NCBI RefSeq assembly: GCF_006345805.1
Contig: NW_021833600.1
Coordinates: 1 to 57,758 of the forward strand
Direction of reading: 5' to 3'
DNA length: 57,758 nucleotides
Origin: Octopus sinensis
Lineage: Eukaryota
Part shown: one piece after another, positions 25,754 through 38,506 of the stretch
Layout of the letters: the number at the start of each line of letters is the position of its first letter
Numbering within the stretch: position 1 is the first letter of the stretch
Position numbers and translations under genes: made by a program
Notes under the pieces: model-generated
The model's input: the letters and a program-made list of their open reading frames with translations, nothing else
The model's database searches: none
Told to the model about the DNA's origin: nothing

Positions 25754-26519
25754 CGCAGGCATGGTTGTATAAGGAGTTTGCTTTCCAGGCACATGGTTCC
25801 AGGGTCAGTCCCACTGTGTGGCACCTTGGGCAAGTGTCTTCTATTTTAGCCTTGGGCCGAACAAAGCTATGTGAATGGATTTGGTAGGTGGAAACTGAAA
25901 GAAGCCAGTAGTGTGTCTGTGTGTGTGCATGTGTGTGTGTGCATGTGTGTGTGTGTGTGTGTGTGTGCACATGTGTGTACATTCATGTGTGCATGTACCC
26001 TTATCTTGACACATGTATGGACATTAAATGATGATGATGATGGTTGTTTGTAATACCAAGCCGTACTTGCTCAGGGGTGAAAGTCTGCTGACTGTAACTT
26101 GTATGAACACAATCAGACGTTTTTTTTTTTTAAATCTCATTACTAAAGTGGTTAGTAAGCAATATATGCGTGTGCGGGCATTTATCTGCATGTGTGGGTG
26201 TGTGTGTGATAGTTACACTACAAGCTACAAAGCCAGGACTAAGTTTCCTGGAAACAGGTCATGTAATCTGCAGGTCATTATAATCCCTGCCACCACCCAC
26301 AATCATAATGTTTTCTACTCTAGGCACAAGGCCTGAAATTTTGGGGGAGGAGGCCAGTTGATTATATCAACCCCACTATGCAACTGGTACTTAATTTATT
26401 AACCCCGAAAAGCTGAAAGGCTAAGTCGACCTCAGCGGAATTTGAACTCGGAACGTAAAGACGAAATACCGTGAACCATTTCGCCCGGCATGCTAACATT
26501 TCTGCCAGCTCACCTCCTT

Positions 26520-26520
<1 letters not shown>

Positions 26521-26605
<85 letters not shown>

Positions 26606-26790
26606 CATCATCATCATTTTTATCAGAGCAAGCACTTTTAGTCACAGTCACCACATCCACATCCAATACCAAGTCACCATAACTACCATCACCATGATAA
26701 CCATCACCATAACAACCATCACCATAACAACCATCACCATAATAACCATCACCATAACAACCATCACCATAACAACCATCACAGACATTA
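26521..26790. repeat. Compound microsatellite (AAT)n-(ATT)n-(ATC)n, then a 15-bp ACCATCACCATAACA minisatellite
   Basis: Directly visible. Confidence 0.95.
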
Positions 26791-27171
26791 ATGGCACATA
26801 AACACTTCAACCGAAACCACCACCGCCAACAACACAATAGCATCACCACTGCCACCACTGCAACAAGAGCCATTATTGGCCAGTAACGAGGACACAGTTA
26901 TCAATACAAATTATCGTTTGTGTTAAAGTAATTAGAGTGCAAACAGCTGATTAATTAAAAGGATACCAGTTGTTTTCAGCAGTGTAGACTTCATCTAAGC
27001 CATCAAAAGAATAGGTGAAGCTGTTAAACCCAGCTGTCAGGTAATAGGGTGGAGCCTATCACCTAAAAATTACCTGGAAACAATTGAGCCACTGAAGAAG
27101 CCTCTATCTGGTTGTTTATTTTGTTGGAAATAGCAGTCGAATCTTTCTCAAATCACACTTAATTGTTTTCA

Positions 27172-27402
27172 CCCTTTTGTTACCAAATTTTTGTTTAAGT
27201 ATATACACTGCCCTTTTTGTTTTCCAGTTAATTTTGAAACTATTGAAGAATTTAATAAAATAACCTCGCCATTATTAAAATAGCGTTTGAAACAAATCAA
27301 CGAGATTTTAATGGAAAGCTTTTAATGCAAATTACTTTAAAATAGGAAGATCATATCATAAAACGAGGTGGGAGGAAGGCAGGCAAGCGAGTATCAAAAG
27401 GC
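27172..27402. mobile_element. Probable TTAA-type MITE, degenerate
   Basis: CCCTTTTGTTACC left end; GTATCAAAAGGC-TTAA right end. Confidence 0.4.
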
Positions 27403-27699
27403 TTAAAAAATGAGATGTTAGATAATGTGGTTGTGTGTTTACAGCTCATAGGGAAAAGACAGGGTGGTCAAAGATGGATTGCATTTGATCAAACGTCTGC
27501 TTGATAAGATTTCAACAAGGGCTAAACAAAAACAAAAACAAAAGCGATATCCTCATCATCATTTTAATGTCCATTTTCCCATGCTTGCATGAGTGAGACA
27601 AAGTCTACGGGGGCAAATTTTCTATGACCGGATGCTCTTCCTGTTGCGAACCCTCACTCGTTTCAAAGTAAAGTATCTGGCACTATACTGGTCTCTTAG

Positions 27700-28568
27700 A
27701 CACAAAGCCTGAAATCTAAAGAATGGAAAGGTTAATTGGTTACAACAACTCCGTACAAGACTGATACTTTATTTAACTGGTCCCAGAAGGATAAAAAGCA
27801 AAGTTGACCTCAACATGATTTGAACTCAAAACATAAAGATCCAGAACAAATACAACAAGGCATTCATTCCAACTCTCTAATGCATCTGCCTATCTACCAC
27901 TCTTGATATCGGTTACTAATTTAGGCACAAAGCCAGCAACTTTTCATGGGGAAAGGGTTTGTCGTCAATGCCGTCAGTCCTAGTACTTGGCTGGTTCTTC
28001 ATCATTTTATTGACCCTGCAGGGATGAAAGTCAAAGTTGACGCCAGCAGAATTTGAACTTAGAATGTAAAGAGTTGAAAGAAATATCACCAGGCATTTTG
28101 TCTGACTCTATAATAATTAATAATACAAATCTTTCTATAATAGGCAGAGGGCCTGAAATTTTGGGGGAAGGGGCTAGTTGATTATATCAACCCCAATATT
28201 TAACTGATACTTATTTCATCGACCCCAAAAGGATAAAAGGTAAAGTTCACCTTGGCTGAATTTGAACTCAGAATGTAAAATCAGACGAAATGCTGCTAAG
28301 CATTTTGTCCAGTGAGCTAATGGTTCTGCTAACTCACTACCTTAATAATAATAAGAATCTTTCCTACTAAAGGCACAAGGCCTGAAATCATTGTGGGGAG
28401 GGAACTGATTACATCGATCCAAGTGTTTCACTAATACTTAATTTATCAATCCTGAAAGGATGAAAGGCAGACTTGACCTGAGCAGAATTTGACCTCAGAA
28501 CGTAAAGACAGATAAAATGCCATTAAGCATTCTTGCTGGCACGGTAATGCTTCTGCTAGCTCGCCACC
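27700..28568 (-). mobile_element. Tandem array of about five degenerate SINE family B copies
   Basis: Repeated GAAAGGATGAAAGGCAAAG / GAATTTGAACTCAGAA on +. Confidence 0.85.
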
Positions 28569-28572
28569 TTAA

Positions 28573-28792
28573 CCCTTTAGTGTTCAGATTACTCTGTTAA
28601 ATATAATACTTTTTCACTCAAATTGTCTTGAATTAATCAAGCATTATCTTATAGCTTTGAGGTTTCAGTGATGTGATTGTTTATTTTTAGCATGACGTTG
28701 TAGGTTAAGTGTGAGAGGCTAGATATTGCCAGTTTGAATATAAAACATTTAGAATATTTGGGCCGGATATGGCCAGTTTAAACAGTAAAGGG
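28573..28792. mobile_element. piggyBac-like MITE family 1, best copy
   Basis: TTAA|CCCTTTAG ... GTAAAGGG|TTAA: 7-bp TIR and TTAA TSD. Confidence 0.8.
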
Positions 28793-28808
28793 TTAATAAC
28801 AATGGACT

Positions 28809-29105
28809 GACCATGTCATCAGAATGACTGACAACCATGTACCCAGGCAGCTGTCGTATGGTGAGCTCATGCAGGGGTCATGCAAATGAGGGAAATCTAA
28901 ACTGAGGTACAAAGACACTCTGGAAAATAACCTCAAATGGTGTGGAATTAGCCCACGCGAACTCAAAGCGTCTGCCGCAAATAGATCAGACTATTGCTGT
29001 GACTATTGCTGCCTGTGTAAACCCAGATTTTGACTGCAGAGTCACATGTGCTCTCATCGCTGAGAACACAGACTCTGTCGTCATCAGATACCGATGGACT
29101 ACCTA
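28809..29105 (+). mobile_element. RTE/BovB-type LINE 3' fragment
   Basis: DHVIRMTDNHVPRQLSYGELMQGSCK*GKSKLRYKDTLENNLKWCGISPRELKASAANRS resembles the RTE ORF C-terminus (GHVxRM...PxQLLYGEL...LRYKDxLK). Confidence 0.85.
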
Positions 29106-29109
29106 TCAA

Positions 29110-29900
29110 TAACCATAACAATAATCCTTTCTACTGGAAGCACAAGGCCTCAAATTTGGGGGAAGGGATTAAGTCGATTACATCGACCTCAGTACATAGC
29201 TGGTACTAATTTTATTGACGCCGAAAGGATGAAAGGCAAAGTCAACCTTGATGGAATTTGAACTCAGAACGTAACAGCAGACGAAATATCGCTAGGCATT
29301 TCGCCCGGCATGCTAATGATTTTGCCAGCTCGCCACCTTAATAATAATAATAATAATAATAATAACAATAATAATAATAATAATAATGATAATAATAATA
29401 ATAATTTATTTTTTTATTGCCCACAGGGGACTAAACATAGAGGGGACAAACAAGGACATACAAAGGGATTAAGTCAATTACATCGACCCCAGTGTGTAAC
29501 TGGTACTTATTTAATCAACCCCGAAAGGATGAAAGGCAAAGTCGACCTCAGCAGAATTTGAACTTCAGAACATAACGGCAGACAAAATACCGCTAAGCAT
29601 TTCACCCAGTGTGCTAATGTTTCAGCCAGCTTGCTGCCATAATAATAATAATAATAATAATAATCATAATAATAAGAACAATAATTATAAGTTTCTGATA
29701 CAGGGATGAGGTTTGAAATCTGCTGCCCTCAATAATTTTAAGGGTTTCTTATGCACACACAAGGCCCAAAATTTGGAGGGATGGAAGGTGGGTTAGTCAA
29801 TTACATCGATCCCATGTACATTACTGGTATTTCCTTTTATTGACTCCGAAATGGGTTGAAAGATAGAATCGACTTTAGCTGGGTTAGAACTCAGATCTTA
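29110..29900 (-). mobile_element. SINE family B copies separated by (AAT)n
   Basis: Homologous to the other family B copies. Confidence 0.85.
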
Positions 29901-30565
29901 AGGGAATGTAAAAAAACTACAATAGAATACTGTTTGATCTTCTATAGATGTTTGCCAGTTCCTAGACCCAAATATAACTAATAAGTGATGATGATGAGGG
30001 AGAGAGAGAAAGAGAGAGAGATGAAGGCAGATATAAAGGCTGGGGTTGCTAATGATAATAACGACAATGATGATGATAGTGATGGTGATGAGTAGGGTGG
30101 AGAGGGATGGTGGCCAACACAACGAGGCGTCAAGGGAACTACGATAATGATGATGATAGTTTAATCTATGGTGTGACTTGTTAACAGCGATGACTGCTAA
30201 TTACTGGTGCAATGACTCGTTAGCAATGAACTCCTCCCCGCCTCCAGTAATTAGTGACTTACAGAATAAACAACTAAAAGTTAATGCCAGTGTAATGAGG
30301 ATAACAATTTTAATGTGATAGCTGGATAGGTCTCTACAGTCTTTCTGTGTGTCACTTTACGTGTGTGTGTGTTAAAAGAGACAGACAGACAGACAGAGGC
30401 AGAGGTAAGATAAGTATATATTTGTTAGTGTGCATGCATATATAAGTGTGCATGCGTTGCTGTATGTATAGGTATCACTCATTCTGTGTGGGTGTGTGTA
30501 CATAACCGTATGCATGCATGTATGTATGTATACATCACACGGCATTTATATGGACCACCATGGTT

Positions 30566-30601
<36 letters not shown>

Positions 30602-30695
30602 TGCACACACGTAAATGTGTGTTGTGTGTGCACATGTATATGTGTCTCTCTCCCTGTCTCTGTCTCTCTCTCTCTCTCACTCTCTCTCTCTCTCT

Positions 30696-30736
<41 letters not shown>

Positions 30737-30774
30737 ACATATATAGATAGATAGATATAAATAATAACATAAAT

Positions 30775-31022
30775 GCGCCCTTTTAAAGCCTAGCCAGGCT
30801 CATGGGCCCGGTTTCCCGGTTTCAATGGCGTATGTGTTCCCCAGCTGGACGGGAAGCCAGTCCATCGCAGCGTTACTCATCTTTGCCAGCTGAGTGAACT
30901 GGAGCAACGTGAAATGAAGTGTTTTGCTCAAGAACACAACGCATCGCCCGGTCCAGGAATCGAAACCACAATCTTACGATCATGATGCCGACACCCTAAC
31001 GACTAAGCCACGCCACCTCCAC
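30775..31022 (-). mobile_element. SINE family E, well-preserved copy
   Basis: tRNA-like head at the right end (A/B-box-like), CpG-rich body. Confidence 0.85.
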
Positions 31023-31048
31023 AGATATAAACATACATACAAACATAC

Positions 31049-31117
<69 letters not shown>

Positions 31118-31644
31118 GTGGATGAATATGTTATACACATCTGTGCATATAGTCAGTCAGTCATCGTTCCATTTGTGTTCACACACACAAACATTTGCAG
31201 ACGTCCATCCACACACAACGCACATGTACACAGTACTCTGACTGCTCAGCGAGACACACTTCCTCCTCGTGACACAGTTTATATTTACCCCCAAACTAGA
31301 AAACACGGGGAGAGGGGAGTAAGAGGGGGGGGACGAGGAGGAGTGCAGTGGGGGGGGGGGGAGCGGCGTGGTGGTAAGGAATGAATCAAGTCGACATGGA
31401 ACACAGACAGACAGACAGACAAATGACAGACAGTGCGTGTACCAGTCACTGATGCAGAAAGAGAGAGAGAGAGAGAGAGTGAAGAGTGAGAGCACAGGGT
31501 TTGAACCTGTGATACCTCGGCTAATAGAAAAGTCTTCGTGTCTATACAGAACAGCACAAGAGGAAGAGAGAAATGTGACACAAGTGTGAATTAAAAAAGA
31601 AAAAAATAGATGAGAGAGAGAGAGAGAGAGAGAGGGAAAAGAAC

Positions 31645-31656
31645 AATGTTGTTGTT

Positions 31657-31690
<34 letters not shown>

Positions 31691-31720
31691 AGTAGTGGTA
31701 GTAGTAGTAGTAGTAGTAGT

Positions 31721-31770
<50 letters not shown>

Positions 31771-31804
31771 TAGTAGTGGTAGTAGTAGTAGTAGTAGTAG
31801 TAGT

Positions 31805-31836
<32 letters not shown>

Positions 31837-31846
31837 TAGTAGTAGT

Positions 31847-31884
<38 letters not shown>

Positions 31885-31935
31885 TAGTAGTAGTTATGAT
31901 AGTAAATAGTAAGTAATAACCATAGTAGCAGCAGC
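31645..31935. repeat. Compound (GTA)n/(GCA)n trinucleotide microsatellite
   Basis: Directly visible. Confidence 0.95.
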
Positions 31936-32223
31936 AGTAGTGTCTGCGACAGTCTGGGGATAAATTTCCCAGGAACCAAGGAACATGGGTAAAGACAATG
32001 TTGGAAGAGCAGAAAGAGAACAAAGGACCAATTACAATATTGAAATACAATTATATATACATAATACAAATATATTATACAAGCATGTGTATATGTAGAT
32101 ATATATATATATATATATATAATATATTATATATATATTATATATATTTACATATATAGTTATGTGAAAGCATTAAGAGAAATAGAATAATGAAATGATA
32201 TAAATACATTATATATATATACA

Positions 32224-32460
32224 CATATAAGAGGGATGTTCACAACATGGACAACCCTTATGCTAGAAGTAGATCCACTATGGTCTTACCACTAAGAGAG
32301 GAACATTCTCAAGAAAATTCAGCAAAATCCAAGAACGTGCTTGATTATGTTCTGGCGTTTGCTGTATTTACTTGAGAATGTTCATTTCTTAGTGGTAAGG
32401 CCATAGCGGATCTACTTCTAGCATGAGGGTTGTCCACGTTGCGATCATCCCCCTTATATG
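32224..32460. repeat. Imperfect long inverted repeat (MITE or foldback-like)
   Basis: CATATAAGAGGGATG...CTCAAG pairs with CTTGAG...CATCCCCCTTATATG; the interior also folds. Confidence 0.8.
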
Positions 32461-32725
32461 TATGTAATATAATTTTCTGAACCTTCAGATTTTAATATGC
32501 TAGACCACTGGTTTTAAATTGATTTTAATAAAATTAATATTCAAATTTTCCCCCTTTATTTTAAATTACATATTGAGTTGTATGTATATATAGTTATATA
32601 ATTTAGTGAAAGTATATATAAGTCAAGTGAAATATATTTAGAAAATATTGCAAAAGTTGAAGTTAGATTAGATATGGTGTGAATATTTCCAATGACCAAT
32701 GTAATTTGTACCTCAGCAAGTACAC

Positions 32726-32763
<38 letters not shown>

Positions 32764-33129
32764 ATAATTATAGTTTATTGTTATTGTTTCTAGTGTGGTT
32801 TGATCACCAATCACCATTAAATGTATTATTCCTAGATATGTAGGTACATTCATCTCACCGTCACAGTTTAGGTTTGAACCAGGAACCAGTATTTTATATA
32901 TAAAGAGTATTTCATATTCTTAACTGTCACGTCACTGCTACATGCACAAGGCATAATGGGTTAAAATGAGACAATTGGCATGACATTTTAAATGCTGGTG
33001 ATTTTGCTAACAGTACTTTTTGGCACTAGAGGCAAACACATACAGAATGAGCAATACATATACACACACAGCAAATAAATATATATAAAGAAAGTGATAG
33101 TGAAAAAAAGGGGCATTATACTTCATTAG

Positions 33130-33349
33130 TCCTTTAACATCTAAGCTGGCCATATTCAGCCAACATATTCTATTTGTTTAAAGCTGAAACTGGTCAGATC
33201 TAGCCTCTCACATTTACCCCACAATGTCTGTGTAAAAGTAAGCAATCATAGCATTGAAATATTGAGGTCACAAGCTAATGCATGATTAATTCAAAATAAC
33301 ATCAATAAATAAGCATTACATTTGACAGAGTAATCTGAACACTAAAGGG
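33130..33349. mobile_element. piggyBac-like MITE family 1, opposite orientation to 28573-28792
   Basis: Ends CTAAAGGG|TTAA; body is the reverse complement of 28573-28792. Confidence 0.7.
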
Positions 33350-34504
33350 TTAATTGAACACAGTTAATAAAAACATTTTCTCTCTCTCTCTCAATACGCA
33401 TAAAGAGAATTATGCCCACACACATAAACAGAGGAGGGAGACTATGAGTGAAATATTTAGATGTCTGATGTCAAATAAGTCAGCATCGAATCAGTGAGGC
33501 CAAATAGGTGGAGCTGAAACAGCTGAACCAAAACGTCTCGTATGTTTAGTGAGTAACTACATTACACTTAATTTTGATATAAAGTTTCCAAGTTCAAAAT
33601 TTAGTTTGAAACTAAGCTGTACCTACATATACTGCAATAAGACACCTAAAGATGGTGATCAAAGAGGGAACCAATAAAAAAAATAGTAGAGAAATATTGA
33701 AAATATATACGCTAATAACAAGGGTAATAAACTGGAAAATTAACAATGAATTTATCACTGTGATTTGATTTTAATTAAGGCTTGGTATGTTTCAGTCTAA
33801 CATGGACTCATCAGCATAGAAATAAATAGATCAGAGTAACTTGAGAGTAACTTGCCAAAGTATTAGAGATTGAATTGCTAAGAAAACAGAGAAATATAAC
33901 TCAGAGGTGCCATCAACTTGGAAAAAAAAAAGACAACAGTAAAGTTAGTGTTAGCATATCTAAGGCAAGGAGAGCATTAAAAATGCTAAATGGAAATAAA
34001 CAAAAAAAATAATTATGAAGAGAAAGAGGAAGAAAATCAATATTAGTCACCGACTAATATTATTTAAGTTATTTCAGCAAGTATGAGAGAAAACTCTGGA
34101 TGTGTTTCAATGTTATGACAAACTCACCAGCAAAGGGTAGTTTTCATCATACTTGCAGAAGTAGTGATGAGAGAATTACGAAACAGATGTGCAAGACCGA
34201 ACACCGGTGGACATAGGAAAGATAGAACTGTTTAGATTGGTATGGAGTAAGAGAATTAATGAAAAATAAAAATTAAAATTAAATAATATCTATATATATA
34301 TATATATATATTGTATTAGATATATATATATATACATATGAATACATTACTTACACCAACCAGTAGCTGTATAAGAAAAACAACAACATGCATTTATATA
34401 TCTTAATTTAAATCTTAAATATATAGAAAGACATAACAAAGAATAATGAATTGTACATCTTAAATAAACATTTTCCATCATATAAAATTCCAACACCTGT
34501 TTCT

Positions 34505-34890
34505 GTTATATATGTGTCTTAGGGTCTTTAAATGAGATGGTTCTGTACATCTAATCCATGTTGTATATATGTCTTAGGGCCTTTAAATGTGATGGTTCTG
34601 TGCATCTAATTAATGCTGTATACATGTTTTAGGGTCCTTAAATGTGATGGTTCTGTGCATCTAATCAATGCTGTATACATGTTTTAGGGTTCTTAAATAT
34701 GGTAGTTTTGTACATCTAATTGATGTTGTATACATGTCTTAGGGTCCTTAGATGTGATGGTCCTGTGTATTTAATCAATGCTGTATACATGTCTTAGGGT
34801 CCTTAAATGTGGTAGTTTTGTACATCTAATCGACGTTGTATACATGTCTTAGGGTCCTTAGATGTGATGGTTCTGTGCATCTAATCAATT
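34505..34890. repeat. 55-bp minisatellite, 7 units, plus about 1.5 units at 35300-35405
   Basis: YTTAGGG anchor at 34518, 34573, 34628, 34683, 34738, 34793 and 34848. Confidence 0.95.
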
Positions 34891-35405
34891 TATATCAAAT
34901 CAGCCATAATACAAATTTCAATCCAACTTTCCTCAAGATGTTTTCCCACCTTACTTTGGAACTTTACATGAAATCCTTCAAAGTGAACTCAGAGTTTACC
35001 AACCAAAAGGTGTACATCTGTAACTGATTATTTCGCACAATTCTAAATATTTCCAAGTGTATGATGTGGTTAGCCAGATCTGGATGTCTGGATTTTAACA
35101 GAATGCTCATAAGACACCTGCCCGGATTTAAAATCTGTATTCTTGGGTTTCATGTATGTGTATGAGAGAGAAAGAGAGAGAGAGAGTGTGTGTGTATGCA
35201 CAGATGCACATTTGTTGCATGTTCCAGAATACATTTTGACATCTAGTTGAAATTTTGCATAAAATTAGTCTTAGGAAAAGCCACATAACCTATCTTATAT
35301 AAATGAGATGGTTTTGTGCATCTAATCAATGCTGTATACATGTTTTAGGGTCTTAGATGTGATGGTTCTGTACATCTAAAACATGTTGTATATATATCTT
35401 AGAGT

Positions 35406-36231
35406 CTTAACATTAGAGGATCCAGGCTCGGATTTTTACATCCGGCATAGCATTTGAGTGGATGTTAAACCGAGTGGAATTTTCGCACAGCCCATCCCCT
35501 GCCCAGTGGCTCCGCTGAGCATGGATGACATTGACTCACACTGAAATAGCTGTAAGACCCTCTATCTATAAATGCTCTAATATCTACACAGCCCTGGTTT
35601 TTTATCTTATTACGCAAAAAATTTCTTATATACACACGCTGACATAGAACCAACGTTGAACCCCTTATTCGCAATATTACCGAATCTGGAACTTAACTAT
35701 GGTCTGTCTATAGCACTTATTCAGCATTACCTGACACCTTTGGGTCTCAATGACACCATTATCTCTTATAACCTCAACTATCTTATATAATATACATATA
35801 TGTCTATGCGTGTTTGCATGCATATGTGACTATGTATGTTTATATGCATGTGTGTGCATGTATATGTGTGTGTGCATGTATATGTTTGTGTGAGTGTGCA
35901 TGTATATGTTTGTGTATGTGTGTGTGTGTATGTGGTGCACAAATATATGGGTGCATATATAAGTGTGTATGCATACATATGTATACATGTCTATGCCTGC
36001 ATGTATACGTAACTATATACTTTTACACACACACACATACACACACATTTCAACAGGTTCAGTACATGAAATAGAAGTGTGAATCTAGCCATTCAGCGGA
36101 GCTGAAAATGACCAGAATGAGAGCGAAAAATAAGTCAAGCAGAACAAAAGCAGAGGGAACCTAAAACCAGAATATAGAACAAACACCGCAGAACACAGCT
36201 TTCCAGTAGCTTACCGTCCCACTCACTCCCC

Positions 36232-36320
<89 letters not shown>

Positions 36321-36483
36321 GTGGTCCAGTGACCTTAACATTAGAGGATCCAGGCTTGGGTTTTTACATCCGGCATAGCATTTGAGTGGATGTTAAACCG
36401 AGTGGAATTTTCGCGCAGCCCATTCCCCTTCCCTCCCCCAGTGGCTCCACCGAGCATGGATGACATTGACTCACACTGAAATA
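35406..36483. repeat. Unclassified direct repeat of about 145 bp (35406-35548 and 36334-36483)
   Basis: CTTAACATTAGAGGATCCAGGCT...GACTCACACTGAAATA occurs twice. Confidence 0.9.
36235..36319. repeat. Pure (TG)n tract of about 85 bp
   Basis: Directly visible. Confidence 0.95.
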
Positions 36484-36644
36484 TATTCAATCAATATAGA
36501 TCGAACATAACAAACAAACAAAAAAAAAACAAAACAGAAAAGAAAAAGGAACCATGATATTAATTGATTTAACCATATAGTTATTAACATTACACACAAA
36601 TAAAACATCTGGATATATATATGTATACATATATGTGTGTATAC

Positions 36645-36693
<49 letters not shown>

Positions 36694-36816
36694 AAGTGGT
36701 GATGGGGCTTGTGTTTAGATATACATAGGCACACATGTGTATATACATATGTACACAAATACATACATACAAGTGTATGACAAATACATACATATATATG
36801 TATGCATGTATGTATA

Positions 36817-36854
<38 letters not shown>

Positions 36855-37161
36855 ATATATATATAGAGAGAGAGAGAGAGAGAGGGAATGTTCTTTGTTA
36901 TTTTGAAATTGTTTTCTTGTCCTTTCCATTTTTTTTTTTTTACATCAATAATTCTTTATTTGTTTGGTGTAACAATTCTTTTCACAGTTGAATGATTGAC
37001 CGAAAACCAATCAATTGTATGGTATACATACATGATTGATTCACAAACACACACACACATACACACACACATATATATATATATGCACATACATGCATGC
37101 ATGTACAACTAACAATAAGCAGGCAACTGTCAACTATTATAGGGCTCAATCTAAAATAAAC

Positions 37162-37205
<44 letters not shown>

Positions 37206-37411
37206 ATATATGTTTGTATGTCTGTGTTTGTCCGCCACCATTGCTTGACAACTGATGTTGTTGTGTTTATGTCTCTGTAACTCAGCATTTGGCAAAAGAG
37301 ACTGGTAGAATAAGTACTAGGCTTACAAGAATAAATCCTGGAGTCGATTTTTTCAACTAAAGACGGTGTCACAGTCATATGACTGGAACAAGTAGAAGAA
37401 TAAACAAATAT

Positions 37412-37455
<44 letters not shown>

Positions 37456-37550
37456 ATCCAAACAAGAAAACCACAAAATAACACAACAACGCGAGGACGT
37501 GGTACAAATATAGTATTATTGGACGCTCAGGAAAGAAGGGAAGAAGGAGG

Positions 37551-37585
37551 GTTTAACGTTTCAAGCGGAGCTCTTCGTCGGAAAC
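37551..37585 (-). ncRNA. Minimal type I HHR-like motif (family H3, U4C variant) in an element at about 37452-37650
   Basis: GUUU-CCGACGA-A-GAGC-UCC-GCUU-GAAA-CG-UU-AAAC. Confidence 0.5.
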
Positions 37586-38435
37586 ATAGGAGAAGGAAAG
37601 ATCCACAGAAGGGAAGACAGAGGAAAAAAAAAAATCGCCAATGGTACACACGCGGTCACATTATATATATATCATCATCATCATCATCGTCGTCGTTTAG
37701 CGTCCGTTTTCCATGCTAGCATGGGTTGGACGGTTCTACTGGGGGTCTGTGAAGCCAGAAGGCTTCATCAGGCCCAGTCAAATCTGGCAGTGTTTCTACG
37801 GCTGGATGCCCTTCCTAATGCCAACCACTCCGTGAGTGTAGTGGGTGCTTTTTACGTGCCAGACAGAGCTGGCAAACGGCCACGAACAGATGGTGCTTTT
37901 TATGTGCCACCGGCACGAGGGCCAGGCAAGGCTGGCAACGGACACGAAACGGAAGGTTCTCTTACATGCCACCGGCACTGGTAACACATCTGCAATTTCC
38001 ATTGATCGATTTCCATTCTGATCATATATATATATATATATATGTAACTATGGGAGAGGTAAGTCAATTACATTGACTGCAGTGTTCAACTGGTACTTAT
38101 ACTATTCATCCCTGAAGGGATGAAATACTAAGAAAATCTTGGCAAAATTTCTAAGCATTTCGTCCAAATTGCTAACAATTCTGCCAGCTGACCACCTTAA
38201 TAAAATTCTTTCTACTAAATTCACAAGGCCTGAAATTTGAGGGGAAGGGACTAGTCGATTAGATTGACCCCAGTGCATAATTTGTACTTAATTTATCGAC
38301 CCCGAAAGGATGAGAGGTAAAGTCGACGTCAGTGGAATTTGAACTCAGAACATACCGATGGGTAAAATACCGCTAAGCATTTCATCTGGCATGCTAACGA
38401 TTCTGCCAACTCACCGCCTTCAATAATAATAGAAG

Positions 38436-38506
38436 AACTATTTGGTCCAACGGTAGAACATCAACCGTGTTTACAGGTGATCTGGGTTCGAGTCCCGAAA
38501 TAGCTT
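38436..38506 (+). pseudogene. tRNA-like sequence (pseudo-tRNA or isolated SINE head)
   Basis: A-box-like TGGTCCAACGG, B-box GGTTCGAGTCC, acceptor-like AACTATT/AATAGCT; anticodon arm irregular. Confidence 0.45.

Noticed and set aside
27060-27090. Sense-strand recursive splice site TTTCCAG|GTAATT
   Set aside because: Pyrimidine tract too short; expected by chance in a 49-kb AT-rich intron.
31157-32069. Poly-T/A/Y/C ORFs, and the YIYI, THTH, CVCV and ERER ORFs window-wide
   Set aside because: Microsatellite translations.
34505-34890. Interstitial telomere
   Set aside because: One TTAGGG per 55-bp unit, not tandem hexamers.
37755-37775. CUGAUGA-AGCC-UUCU-GGCU on minus
   Set aside because: No GAAA; a point variant of the family C body.
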